Assembly: GCA_903912445.1 (NCBI GenBank)
Contig: CAIWHP010000084.1
Coordinates: forward strand, 3,621-67,620
Direction of reading: 5' to 3'
Length of the DNA: 64,000 nucleotides
Origin: an uncultured Lentisphaerota bacterium
GTDB lineage: Bacteria; Verrucomicrobiota; Kiritimatiellia; CAIQIC01
The translations under genes and the position numbers were made by a program. The notes beneath the pieces were generated by a model. It saw only the letters and a list, made by a program, of their open reading frames with translations, was not told the DNA's origin and did no database searches. Below, piece by piece: positions 1-9,608 of the stretch. Each line of letters starts with the position of its first letter. Positions within the stretch are counted from its first letter, which is position 1.

Positions 1-19
1 GGAAGTGGGACGGGCCGTT

Positions 20-68
20 TTTTCCAAGGCTTGGAAAAGTGCGCGGTCAACTTTTCCAAACCTTGGAA
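20..68. repeat. TTCCAA-N3-TTGGAA palindrome cluster (2 copies)
   Basis: ttccaaggcttggaa at 22; ttccaaaccttggaa at 54 (32 bp apart). Confidence 0.9.
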
Positions 69-270
69 CCCGCTGTGCTGGATGACGCTGCATCAACGGG
101 TTTGTACCCGAAACGCGGGCGGCAGGCAATGGCGGCGAACGCCTCCCGGCCCGTGGCTGCATTTGGGCGCGCGATTTCGTTGACGCGCCGGAGGGGTTCT
201 GTTACAAGCCGCCGCCCATTTTGCGCCGCCGGTGATTCGCGCGGCAGCGGGAAGGGCGGTAAAGTAGCTT

Positions 271-720
271 ATGACGAACAAAAAAACACCGAAGCAAGTG
301 AAGCCTGTTGTCGAGAAAACAGAAGTTCCGGTCGTCAAACGTACCCTGACCCCGGCGGATGAAGTGGTGGCGTTCAAGCAGGTCAAATGGCCGACCACCG
401 AGGTGAAAGAGTTTCGCTCCACGCTGCTCAAGTTGCGCGACCGTGCGGCCGATGGTGTGGCTTTTCTATCGCGTGACAACCCGCAGCTCGTCAGCGGCGG
501 GCAGGAGTCGCTCTACGCCGTCAATGCCGCGCTGCAGCGCCTCGAGCTGGGCACCTATGGCGCCTGCGAGTCGTGCCACGAACTGATTGCCAAGGTCCGC
601 CTGCAGGCCCAGCCGTTTGCCAAGCTGTGCATCAAGTGCCAGTCGGAGGCGGAGAAGGGCAAGCTCCGCTATCGCCCGCTCGGCAAGACCCTGTCGCAGA
701 TCGAAGACCTCGAGGAGTGA
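271..720 (+). CDS. DksA/TraR C4-type zinc finger protein, short coiled coil
   Basis: C-terminal ALQRLELGTYGACESCHELIAKVRLQAQPFAKLCIKCQ is the DksA/TraR C4 finger; no DxxDxA tip motif. Confidence 0.85.
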   Translation: MTNKKTPKQVKPVVEKTEVPVVKRTLTPADEVVAFKQVKWPTTEVKEFRSTLLKLRDRAADGVAFLSRDNPQLVSGGQESLYAVNAALQRLELGTYGACESCHELIAKVRLQAQPFAKLCIKCQSEAEKGKLRYRPLGKTLSQIEDLEE

Positions 721-969
721 GCCGGGGCTGCCGCGGGCGCCCACGGGGACTGCTGCGCCAGTACTTGGCGTGCTGATCAGCGGGAGCGTTTGTCGGTGGC
801 GTCTTCATCCCCGCGCAACCCGCAGCCCGGCGACACAGGGGCCGATCGTCCTGTCCGCGCCGTTTGGCTGCGATACGACAGCCCGCCCCTGCACCTCCAG
901 CCCGTACCTTCCGTAGCCGCCCGCGGCAGGGAAGGGCTGCTGGGGGAACAGTTCCGGCGCGCGGGGTCG

Positions 970-3900
970 TTACTTTATATCTTCTTCGCAGACCACGCGG
1001 AAGCCGGTGTTGAAGACCGGTTGCCAGGCGGGATAGGCATAGCGATAGGCGCTGGTGGCGCGGTATGGGCGGTCGTAGAACGAGCCGCCGCGCGCGACCT
1101 TGAGGCCGTCGGCATCGCTGCGGTCGCGGCCATCGTCGGCGTAGGGATAGGGCTGGTAGGTGGTGCGCGTCCACTCGCTGGCGTTGCCGTGCAGATCCTG
1201 CAGCCCCCAAGCGTTCGCCGCGTAGTTGCCGCAGGGCGCGGTGGCGATCGCGCCATCGTTGACGGAATCCACGCGCGGCAACCACTTGGGCGAGTTGCCG
1301 ACGAGCAGCGACGCGAGCCGCTGGTCGGCGAGGTTGGCTTGCTTGCCGAAGTCGGTGTCGAGCGCGCCGTAACTCAGCGGCGTGGTCGAGCCTGCGCGGC
1401 AGGCCCATTCCCACTGTGCTTCCGTCGGCAGCGTGAATTTCTTCCCGGTCTTTTTCGAGAGCCAGTCGCAGAAGGCCATCGCCTTGCTCCAAGAGAGGCG
1501 GATGGCGGGTTGCTTGCCCTGCTGGACCGGGACGCCGGCGGTGCTGTGGTCCTTGTTGAATTGCGAGATGAAGCCGCTGTCGTGGGCGGCATCGAACAGG
1601 CCGTACTGCGCGTTGCTGATCTCGAATTTCGCCATGTAGAACGGCTTCGCAATCTTCACGCGGCAGGTCGGCTGCTCGTCGCGCGCGCCGGCGGCGTCGC
1701 CCATGACGAACTCGCCGGCGGGCACCAGCACCAGTTCCAGCTTCTGCGTCGCGTTCAGGTCCACGCTCATGGTCTTCGGCAGCCCGGCGGATTCCTGCTT
1801 CTTCTTCGCCTCGGCGGCATCAAAGGGCCAGACGTTGGCGATGGTCGCCGGAAGGTTCGCGATCGGCGCGGGCGGCGTTGGTTTCACAAAGGCGACCGGC
1901 GCGGGCGGCGGGGTGGGGTAGACCTCGGGATCAAGGTCGTCGTAGGCGTAGAGCTTGCGCGCGGCCATGCGCTTGGCGTGATAGTCGTTCGAGATCTGGC
2001 GGTGCTCGCCCCACGTGCCGTGGTCGGGCACGTTGAGATCGATCCAGGTGATCAGCCGGTCCCATGCCTCGGCATCGAGCTGCACGCCATGGTGGCCCTT
2101 GCGCAGCATCTGGACCAGTTCCGAGGTCTCGGCGAAATATTCGCACGGCATCTGCATGTAGTAGCTGCTTTCCGGGCCGGGCCGGTAGATGTAGGGATGG
2201 AGAGCGAGGTAGGCGATGTCGAAGGGCAGCACGCGCTTCTTCTTGCCAGCGAGTTCCTTCTCCTCGCGGCCGGGCGAAAAATTCGGGAGCGTCTTGCCAT
2301 CGGGCCGCGCCGCGCCGTTGTGGCAGCCGGCGCAATATTTATCGAGTACCGGCTGGACCTCGCGTGGGAAGCTGAAGCCGCGGCGCGGACCGCGCCACGG
2401 TGTGATGTCCACCGGCGCCGCACGTGCGGCCATGGTAATCCGCGAGGCAGGCACCTCGTCGGTCTTCTCATGACAGCCGACGCACGAGAGGCGCTCGCCC
2501 GGCTGAGCGCTGAACCAGCTCCGCATGATCTGGAGCGCCCGCCCTTGCCCGTCGAGCGGCTGCACGGCGAGCGGCGTGTTGGCCGGCACCTTGAAGAACG
2601 CGGAACCGTCGGCGTTCACCGGCACCGTGCCCACGACGCGGCGCGCGTCCCACGGGCCGTCCACGCCGATGTTGATGTGGCCGCCCATGTGGCGGTAGGC
2701 AAAGTGATATTCGAACACGCGCAGGCTCTTGACCGTGCCGGGCGGCACGCCGGCGAGCCCGCGGCCCGCGTAGACATCGGCGAGATAGACCGTGGCCTCG
2801 CGCTCGCCCAGCTTGACGCGGTCGGGGATGATCGGCGGGCGCGGCGTCGCGCGGAGCGGCACCGGCTCAAACAACGCCATGCCCGGTTGCTCGAGGATCG
2901 GCACGAGGTTGTCGAAAACGTCGGCGAGATAGAGGCCCCACGGCGACTGCGGTGTCGGCTTGCACGACACGAGGAAATATTTTTCGTTCAGCGGGAACGG
3001 GTGCAGGAACCGCGGCCAGCTCGAGTTGACGAGGCCATCCTGAATCACCGGCTCGACCTTCTTGCCGCGGCCGGGGATGCGCTGCACGGCGCCCTCGGCC
3101 TCGAAACGGCCCTTGCCCATGTCGAAGAGAATCAGCTCGCCCATCCGCGGCACGCCGTGGTGGCCGGAAACAATGCCGACGAGCAGCGAGGGGTGGCCCG
3201 GTACCGGGCGCGCGAAAAAGACGCCGTTCGGCCAGTGCGAATTGCTGCCATAGATCGAGGCCTGCCCGGTGCCGTCGGGATTCATCGCGAACAGCAGGCG
3301 CGTGAAGTAGTGCGGCGTGTCGGTGTATTCCCAGCGCGAATAGAGGAGGCGGCCGTCGTTGAGCACCGTCGGGCACCAGTTGTGTTCCTGGTCATAGCAG
3401 AGCATCCGCGTCTGCCCGTTCGTCTCCATCAAGTAGAGGTTGCCCACGTAGTTGCCGCCGCCGACGCATGGCACGCCTTGGAAGCCCGCGGTCGAGTCGA
3501 ACACGATGCGGCCGTCCGGCAGATAGCAGGAGTCATAGTGGTCGATATCCACCTCGTCCGGCGTCACCTGCCGCAGCCCGGAGCCATCGGCCTTGACCTC
3601 CCAGATATGCCACTGCTCTGCGCTGACTTTCCTCTGCTTTTTGTCTGCCTGCTCGACGGTGTTCGTTTTCCGCGCCGGCATGGTGAACATCAGCTTGTCG
3701 GCGTCGAAGTTCAGGTCCACATCGCCCACGAACACGCTCTCCTGCGGACGGAAAAGCGTCGTCAGCTTGCCGTCGGGGCGCACGGGCGAAAGAACCGCGA
3801 TCTCGTTGTCGAATTTCCCGCGCAGGACGTCGTCGCCCTGCCAGTTCTGCGGCAGGCCGAGGCCGCCGCCCTGCGAATTGTTCGGATCGGCGCGCTTCAC

Positions 3901-4320
3901 CAGCATCAGCTTTTCGAAATCCAGCAGCGGATTTTCCAGCAGCGCCTGCCGGCGCAGTGCCAGCAGAGGCGCGCGCAGCTCCTCCGCCGATGCGCCCGCC
4001 GCGAACTTCTGCTCCAGCGTGCCGAGCTGCTTCAGGAAGTCCGCGCCGTGGGTGTACTTTCCGGGGAATGACTTGGTCAGGTCCTCGATCGCCAGCCGCA
4101 GCGCGACGAAGGCGTTGGAGTTGACGCCGCCGACCAGGTCGCGCGCCTCGGCCGCGTTCGCCAGCGCCGCCGGCGCGTTGATCATCCGCTGGGCGGCCTG
4201 TTCTTTCTTGGCCGTCTTGATGGGCGTGGGCTTGTCCGGGTTCTGGTTCTTCGGCGCCGCGTAGGCGGTCGCCATCACCAGGGCCATGCTGGCCGTCAAA
4301 ATTAGGATCCGCATCGTCAT
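970..4320 (-). CDS. Secreted HZS-alpha-like/TolB-like propeller protein with two CxxCH motifs and a C-terminal FGE-sulfatase (SUMF1) domain
   Basis: Signal peptide MTMRILILTASMALVMATAYA; YLPDGRIVFDST and RWEYTD propeller motifs; CVGCH and CAGCH; LPTEAQWEWACRAG, NAWGLQDLHGNASEW, RGGSF and GFRVV FGE motifs; start moved to ATG 4320. Confidence 0.85.
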   Translation of the reverse strand: MTMRILILTASMALVMATAYAAPKNQNPDKPTPIKTAKKEQAAQRMINAPAALANAAEARDLVGGVNSNAFVALRLAIEDLTKSFPGKYTHGADFLKQLGTLEQKFAAGASAEELRAPLLALRRQALLENPLLDFEKLMLVKRADPNNSQGGGLGLPQNWQGDDVLRGKFDNEIAVLSPVRPDGKLTTLFRPQESVFVGDVDLNFDADKLMFTMPARKTNTVEQADKKQRKVSAEQWHIWEVKADGSGLRQVTPDEVDIDHYDSCYLPDGRIVFDSTAGFQGVPCVGGGNYVGNLYLMETNGQTRMLCYDQEHNWCPTVLNDGRLLYSRWEYTDTPHYFTRLLFAMNPDGTGQASIYGSNSHWPNGVFFARPVPGHPSLLVGIVSGHHGVPRMGELILFDMGKGRFEAEGAVQRIPGRGKKVEPVIQDGLVNSSWPRFLHPFPLNEKYFLVSCKPTPQSPWGLYLADVFDNLVPILEQPGMALFEPVPLRATPRPPIIPDRVKLGEREATVYLADVYAGRGLAGVPPGTVKSLRVFEYHFAYRHMGGHINIGVDGPWDARRVVGTVPVNADGSAFFKVPANTPLAVQPLDGQGRALQIMRSWFSAQPGERLSCVGCHEKTDEVPASRITMAARAAPVDITPWRGPRRGFSFPREVQPVLDKYCAGCHNGAARPDGKTLPNFSPGREEKELAGKKKRVLPFDIAYLALHPYIYRPGPESSYYMQMPCEYFAETSELVQMLRKGHHGVQLDAEAWDRLITWIDLNVPDHGTWGEHRQISNDYHAKRMAARKLYAYDDLDPEVYPTPPPAPVAFVKPTPPAPIANLPATIANVWPFDAAEAKKKQESAGLPKTMSVDLNATQKLELVLVPAGEFVMGDAAGARDEQPTCRVKIAKPFYMAKFEISNAQYGLFDAAHDSGFISQFNKDHSTAGVPVQQGKQPAIRLSWSKAMAFCDWLSKKTGKKFTLPTEAQWEWACRAGSTTPLSYGALDTDFGKQANLADQRLASLLVGNSPKWLPRVDSVNDGAIATAPCGNYAANAWGLQDLHGNASEWTRTTYQPYPYADDGRDRSDADGLKVARGGSFYDRPYRATSAYRYAYPAWQPVFNTGFRVVCEEDIK

Positions 4321-4329
4321 TCCTTCCCG

Positions 4330-4409
4330 TTTTCCAAGGCTTGGAAAACGCGCCACGTTTTATCCCAAAACTTGAAAAAAAGCGCTACTGCTTTTCCCGG
4401 CCTTGAAAT
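4330..4409. repeat. TTCCAA-N3-TTGGAA cluster (1 perfect, 2 degenerate)
   Basis: copies at 4332, 4363, 4394 (31 bp period). Confidence 0.75.
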
Positions 4410-4464
4410 TCCGCACGCAACAAAGACAGCCCGACAACGCGCCCCTCGGGGCGATATTGTGGCC

Positions 4465-6513
4465 TCACGGCGCGGAAGCATGCGGATACATCCGCGGGAA
4501 ATTCGGCTGGAACGGTTCCTGGTAGCGATAGAGTTCGGGATAGCCGTTCGGCGCGTGCGACGGGGGCGACGGCTCGCCGCGCAGGAACGCGCGCACCACG
4601 CGCAGCCGGTCGCGCGTGGCTTCCAAGCCCACGAAGCGCTCGCCGAAATACCAGCCGCTCCACTTTTCCAGCTCGCCCGCGCGCATCGCGACAAAAACTT
4701 TTTCCAGCGCCGCCAGCGCCTTCTCGATGGAGGTGAGCGCCTGCGCCTTGTCGCCCTTGCCGTAGGCGGTCAGCGCCGCGCCGTAGTTCTCCAGCATCTC
4801 CAGCGCGTGCAAATGAATTTGCAGTTGCGTGAACAGGTGTTACCGGAAAAACGCGCGGCGCTCCGCCGGTATGCGCGCCGCGAGCGCGTTCGCGTCGGTG
4901 GCGAGCTGCGCCACGATGGTGCGGTTGGTGGCGGCGAACGAGAGCATCGCGCGCGCCTTGCCGAGCGCATCCTTGGTGAGCGGCTTGGCGCGGGCCATGA
5001 GCGGCGCCGCGATGCGGTTGAGCGTGCGCTGCATCGTAATCAAGTGGTTGTCGCCGAAGCGCGCTTCCTGCCGCTGATAGGGGATGTCGAAGTAGCGCGT
5101 ATAGAGCGCGGCGAGATCCTCCGCCACCGCCGCGCCCTTTTCGCGGCCGCACCACTCGCGCAGATAGGTGCTCATGTTCTCGGCATCGCTCTTGCCGGCC
5201 TGCGGCGCGGCGTTCCAAGCATAGCGCATCGCGCACTCGGTCGAGAGCGGCACGGGGCGGACATCGCTGACGTTGACGAGGAAAAAGTTCGTCGCGCCCG
5301 TGCGGATAAAGCGGCCAATTTCGCTGTAGATGCGGCTCGGCGGCACCATCTCGCTCAGCTGGTTCGCGCTGCTGTTGAGCATCGCGGTGTGATAGTAGAC
5401 GCCCTGCCCGGCCTGCACGGTGCCGTTGTCGCGGATCATGCCGGAGCCGTCGTCGGGCCAGACCTGCACGACGCCGGCGGGCAGCTTGAGGTGGCCCGCG
5501 TGCATCATCTCCGCGCCCTCCGCCCACAGGTTCGCGATGATCATGCCCTGCGGGTCGGCGGCGCGGATCAGCTCGACCTGCTTGGCAATCGCGGCGGTGA
5601 TGACCGCGCCGCGCGCCTCCGGCGTCTTCAGCTCCGGCTCGTCCACCCAGAACGGCCGGTCGTGCTTGCCGCGGTAGCCCACGGTCCAGACGACCTCGCG
5701 GCCCTTGTAGGCGGCGATGCAGTCGCGCCAGTAGCGCTCCATGAGCTCGGGATGCTTCGAGTAGGAGAAGGGCATGTCCTGCGGCCAGCGGTAGGTGTTC
5801 AGGCCCACGACGAGGATGTGGTGCATGTTCAGCGCCAGCCCGCGGCGCGCCGCCAGTTCCCAGCAGCGCTCGTCGGGATAGTTGAACGTCCCCGGCACGA
5901 GCAGGTTGCCGCGCAGGCGCAGCAGCGTCTCGCAGATGCGGTCGAGCATCTCCAGCGAGAACACATTTTCGCGCAGCGGATCGGGCGCGAAGCCGCCAAG
6001 CAGGTCCTCGTCGTTGATGAACCAGCCGCGGTAGCGGAAGGTGGCCGGGCCGAAATCCTTTTTGAAGCCGGCGGGCACCTCGATCTGCGCGCGGCGCACC
6101 GGTTCGTGATCGGCCCAGTACCACCACGGATCTACGCCCAGGATTTCCTCCGAAAGCGCGTACGCCGCGTAGATCGCGCCGCGCACATCTGCGCCCTGCG
6201 CCACCAACGCCTGGCCCTCCAGCCGCAACGCAAAACTTTCCGGCGCACCCGCCGCGCCCGTCAGCCCGAAGCGGATCACCGGCCCCGTCCACGACTTCGG
6301 CGCCTCCGCCAAAATCACCGGACGGTGGCCGAATACCTTGTACCAGTCGCGCTCGACATCGCAGAGCGCGCGCTGCAACGCCTCCGGCTGGTTCGTCGCC
6401 ACCAGCCACGGCGTATCGGCGTTGAACACGATCCCGCCTTCGCCCGCGATCGCGCCCGCGCGCACCAGCAGCGCCACCACCGCGCCACACCAGAATATTT
6501 TCATGTTCTTCAT
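4465..6513 (-). pseudogene. GH115-like glycoside hydrolase interrupted by one in-frame TAA (4840-4842)
   Basis: GADVRGAIYAAYALSEEILGVDPWWYWAD and FRYRGWFINDEDLL GH115 motifs; signal peptide from ATG 6513 (RBS GAGGA); reading continues in frame after the stop (RAFFR*HLFTQLQIHLHALEML) to 4465. Confidence 0.75.
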
Positions 6514-6530
6514 CGCTCGTTCCTCTCGTA

Positions 6531-6611
6531 TTCCAAGCCTTGGAACTGCGGACGCCAGAGTTTTCCAAGCCTTGGAAAAAGATGCGAGTCTCTTTTCCAA
6601 GCATTGGAAAA
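6531..6611. repeat. TTCCAA-N3-TTGGAA cluster (3 copies)
   Basis: copies at 6531, 6563, 6595 (32 bp period). Confidence 0.9.
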
Positions 6612-6694
6612 CCACAGACGTAGTTTGGTTTCGCGCCAAGGCCGCGAAGCTCGCCAAGGTGCTTTTGTAATTCCCGCAACAGATCAACAGCAGA

Positions 6695-6762
6695 CGCCGA
6701 GTCGGAGACTCGGCCTACAATTCAATCAACCTCGCGCTGTAGGCCGGGTCTCCGACCCGGCG
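6695..6762. repeat. GTAG-type REP-like inverted doublet
   Basis: cgccgagtcggagactcggcctaca (6695-6719) and tgtaggccgggtctccgacccggcg (6738-6762) are reverse complements with one compensatory stem change. Confidence 0.75.
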
Positions 6763-6831
6763 CACAACGCCCAAACTTCGATCGCTTGTACACGTGTGAA
6801 TTTGTCATGTGAGGATTTCGGCGTTGCAAGT

Positions 6832-9477
6832 TCAGTGGCTGACCACCGGCATCGTGAATTCCGCGCCGCCGGCGGGGAGGCGGTAGCGGTGCGGGGCGCC
6901 GGGCGGTATGGCGCCGTCGAGGTAGCTGAAGGGCACGCCGACGCCTGCGGGCAGCACGAGTTCGGCTTCGCAAGCGGGCGGCAGCTTGACGCTGATGCGG
7001 TGGACCGTGCCGTCGCGATGCGCCTTGAACTCGATGGGTCCGCGCGGCGTGTGGCTGATCGTTTCGAGGTCGGGCAGGTCGCCGAGCTGCGGGCGCAGTT
7101 GCACGCGCGCGAAGCCGGGCGCGAGCGGGCGCAGGCCGACGATCTCCTGATGCAGAATGAAAACCGGCGCGAGCGGGCAGTGGCTCCATTGCGCGCTGGC
7201 ATCGGTGGGCGCGGTCCAGTTTTCCTGCAAGGAGTTGTTCTCGACCACCGAGCGCATCGTGGCCCAGCGCGTGCGGAAATCTTTCAAGATCACGTCGGTG
7301 CGGCCGAGCTTGCCGAGCGCCCAGTAGCGCCAGCCGGCGTTGCACGGGTAGGAGAAGCCCATGTTCTTTGGCATCTCGACGAGCGCTTTGAGCGCGGCGG
7401 CGGTGTCGCCGCCGGGACACTGGTCGAACAGGATGGAGGTTGCGAGCGCGCGGTCGCTCATGCGCGGGGCTTTGTCCTCGGCGAGCCACGGCAGGTTATC
7501 GAGGAACACGCGCTCGTCCTTGCTCCAGAATTTCGCGGTCGTTGCGCGTAGGAGTTCGGCGCCGCGCTCGCGCGCCTCGGTGGCGCGGGCCCCATCGCCC
7601 ATCGCGGTGGCGAGCGGCGCGAGCGCGTGGGTGAACATCGCGGCGGTGTAGAGGTTGAACGCGCACTGGCGGTCGCGCTGGTTGCGGTAGGCGCTGTGGT
7701 CGATCCAGACATTCGGGATGCCGAGATCCTCGACCGGCAGCAGGCCGTTCCTGTCGCGCAGCGCCCAGAGGTAGTCGCCGAAGCGCAGCAGGCGCGGGAA
7801 CGGCTCGCGCCCGGCGTCGAGGTCGCCGGTTTCGAGGTAGTGGTTCCAGTTGTCGAAGACGAAGCCCACGCCGTGGTCGAGCAGCGGGCCCCAGTAGGCC
7901 GCGTCGAGCTCGCGCTGCGGCAGGCGCGCGAGGCGGTCGAAGGCGGGATAGCAGTCGAGGAAGAAGCCGCTCTTGGTCAGGCCCTCGCTGAACGTGCGGA
8001 GGTAGCGCGCGACGATGCGCTGCTCGCCGAACGCGTAGCGGATCGCGTGCATCTGGTGGCCGCCGTCGCCGCTGTACTGCTGCCGCTCGCGGCCCATGCC
8101 GTCCACGATGGACTCGATGGCGGAATTGCGCAGCGTGTTGATCGAGGCGTCGAAGAGCCGTTGCAGCGGCGCCTCGGAGGTGCGGATCCGGGGCGTTTGC
8201 GGCCAGTCATATTGCCGGCGCCGCAGGCCGACGCCGCGCACGGTCACCGGGCGCGATGCGTTGCGGATGTGAAGCTGGAGCCAGCGGAACGATTCGAAAT
8301 CGAACGTCTCGAATTCGTTCAGGCCTTCGCGGCAGACGAAGCGGCTCCACGAAAAATGGTTGCTGTCGAGCCAGCGCGTCTTCTGCGGGTCATGGCCTTC
8401 CTGCGGAATCAGTTCGACGATGGTGCCCGCCGGCGCCTCGATGGAAAAGCGCGGGAAGCCGACCATCTGCTCGGCGAAGACGAACGTGGCCTCGACGCCC
8501 TCATCCGGTTTCGCCGTCGCCGGCAGTTCCCATGCGTCTGCGCCTTTCGCGACGGCGACGGGCGCGCCAGCCACCACGAAGGCGTCCTTCATCTGCACAT
8601 CGAACCAGTCGGCCGGGTCGCGGTTCCAGTGGACGTGGCCGGAGTGCGCCAGCGCCTGTGCAGCTATGATGGTTTCGCGCGTCGGCGGAATTTGTCGCAT
8701 CCGCAGCGACGAGACTTCCGGCGCGGTGTGGTCCACGCTGTCGCTCGACCAGCCGCCGCCGGCGCACGACGAACCTTTGTCGGGTGGGCACTTGAGTTCC
8801 TGCGCTGCGATCCATTTCGTATCGGGCTGGAAGCCGGTCGTGTCCCAGCCCTGCGGCCAGAGGCGCGCGTCAAATTCTTCCTGTAGCGCGCGCAGGAACC
8901 AGCGCTTGTAGTGGCCCGGCTGGTGCGCGCGGTCGAGCAGCGCCAGCCAGCTTTTATCGCTGACGACATGCTGGCGCGCGCCTGCTACGTCGAGGTCGAG
9001 GTTGAAGAGCAGCCCCGGCTTGCCACCCGGCCACGTGCCCTCGCCGAAGCCGTAGAAGAGCACTTCCACGCCGATCACGTTCTTGCCGGCCTTCAAGAAG
9101 GGTTTCAGGTCGAGCGGGTCGGCGTCGAGGTTGCGCGGGTCGCACGGCGCCGGACCCCACTGTACACGCTGGCCGTTGACCGTGACGAGATAGCGGCTGT
9201 CCGCGGCGATCCAGCCGAACGCGCTCGTCGGCGCGGCGGAGAGTTCGACTTCCTTGCGGAACAACACGAACGTATTCGGCAGCGTGCGCTGCGAGGGCAG
9301 CCAGATCCATTTTGCCGGCGCGAGCGAGAGCGCGCGCGGTTGCGTCGCGGCGTGCGCATCCTTGCCGAACCGGAGCGCCGTCGCCTCCGCCGCCGAAATT
9401 GGCGCGGCGGTCTCTGCGGAGGCTGCGCAGCTCAACAGCCCCGCCGCATACAGTGCGATTGCCCTAGATTTCATCAT
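6832..9477 (-). CDS. Alpha-L-rhamnosidase-like (GH78) glycoside hydrolase
   Basis: Signal peptide; AKWIW..FRKE..ADSRYLVTVNG N-terminal domain; DGMGRERQQYSGD; C-terminal SHCPLAP..GLRPLAPGFARVQLRPQLGDL..TPRGPI. Confidence 0.8.
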   Translation of the reverse strand: MMKSRAIALYAAGLLSCAASAETAAPISAAEATALRFGKDAHAATQPRALSLAPAKWIWLPSQRTLPNTFVLFRKEVELSAAPTSAFGWIAADSRYLVTVNGQRVQWGPAPCDPRNLDADPLDLKPFLKAGKNVIGVEVLFYGFGEGTWPGGKPGLLFNLDLDVAGARQHVVSDKSWLALLDRAHQPGHYKRWFLRALQEEFDARLWPQGWDTTGFQPDTKWIAAQELKCPPDKGSSCAGGGWSSDSVDHTAPEVSSLRMRQIPPTRETIIAAQALAHSGHVHWNRDPADWFDVQMKDAFVVAGAPVAVAKGADAWELPATAKPDEGVEATFVFAEQMVGFPRFSIEAPAGTIVELIPQEGHDPQKTRWLDSNHFSWSRFVCREGLNEFETFDFESFRWLQLHIRNASRPVTVRGVGLRRRQYDWPQTPRIRTSEAPLQRLFDASINTLRNSAIESIVDGMGRERQQYSGDGGHQMHAIRYAFGEQRIVARYLRTFSEGLTKSGFFLDCYPAFDRLARLPQRELDAAYWGPLLDHGVGFVFDNWNHYLETGDLDAGREPFPRLLRFGDYLWALRDRNGLLPVEDLGIPNVWIDHSAYRNQRDRQCAFNLYTAAMFTHALAPLATAMGDGARATEARERGAELLRATTAKFWSKDERVFLDNLPWLAEDKAPRMSDRALATSILFDQCPGGDTAAALKALVEMPKNMGFSYPCNAGWRYWALGKLGRTDVILKDFRTRWATMRSVVENNSLQENWTAPTDASAQWSHCPLAPVFILHQEIVGLRPLAPGFARVQLRPQLGDLPDLETISHTPRGPIEFKAHRDGTVHRISVKLPPACEAELVLPAGVGVPFSYLDGAIPPGAPHRYRLPAGGAEFTMPVVSH

Positions 9478-9608
9478 GGAGCGCTCCTCATCTTCCCAAT
9501 GGTTTCGGCGGCAGGATTCTATCCGATGCCGATGGAAAGAGCCATGCCGCGCGAGCGCCGGCTAAGGGCTTGTTGCCAGCGGTGATAGACACCTGCTACA
9601 TTCGGTTC

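Noticed and set aside
970-4320. Anammox hydrazine synthase
   Set aside because: No hzsB/hzsC or hao genes; the FGE fusion and CAZyme context match the non-anammox homolog family.
4840-4842. Stop-codon recoding in the GH115-like gene
   Set aside because: The codon is TAA, which terminates other genes in the window (e.g. rpsT, gcvPA); Sec and Pyl use TGA and TAG.
790-7551. Very long + strand ORFs 790-4071 and 4372-7551 (likewise 27257-29674, 40404-42563, 52595-55570, 60315-62375, 20301-22481)
   Set aside because: Antisense shadows of real high-GC genes; no recognisable motifs, and they fully overlap well-supported CDS.
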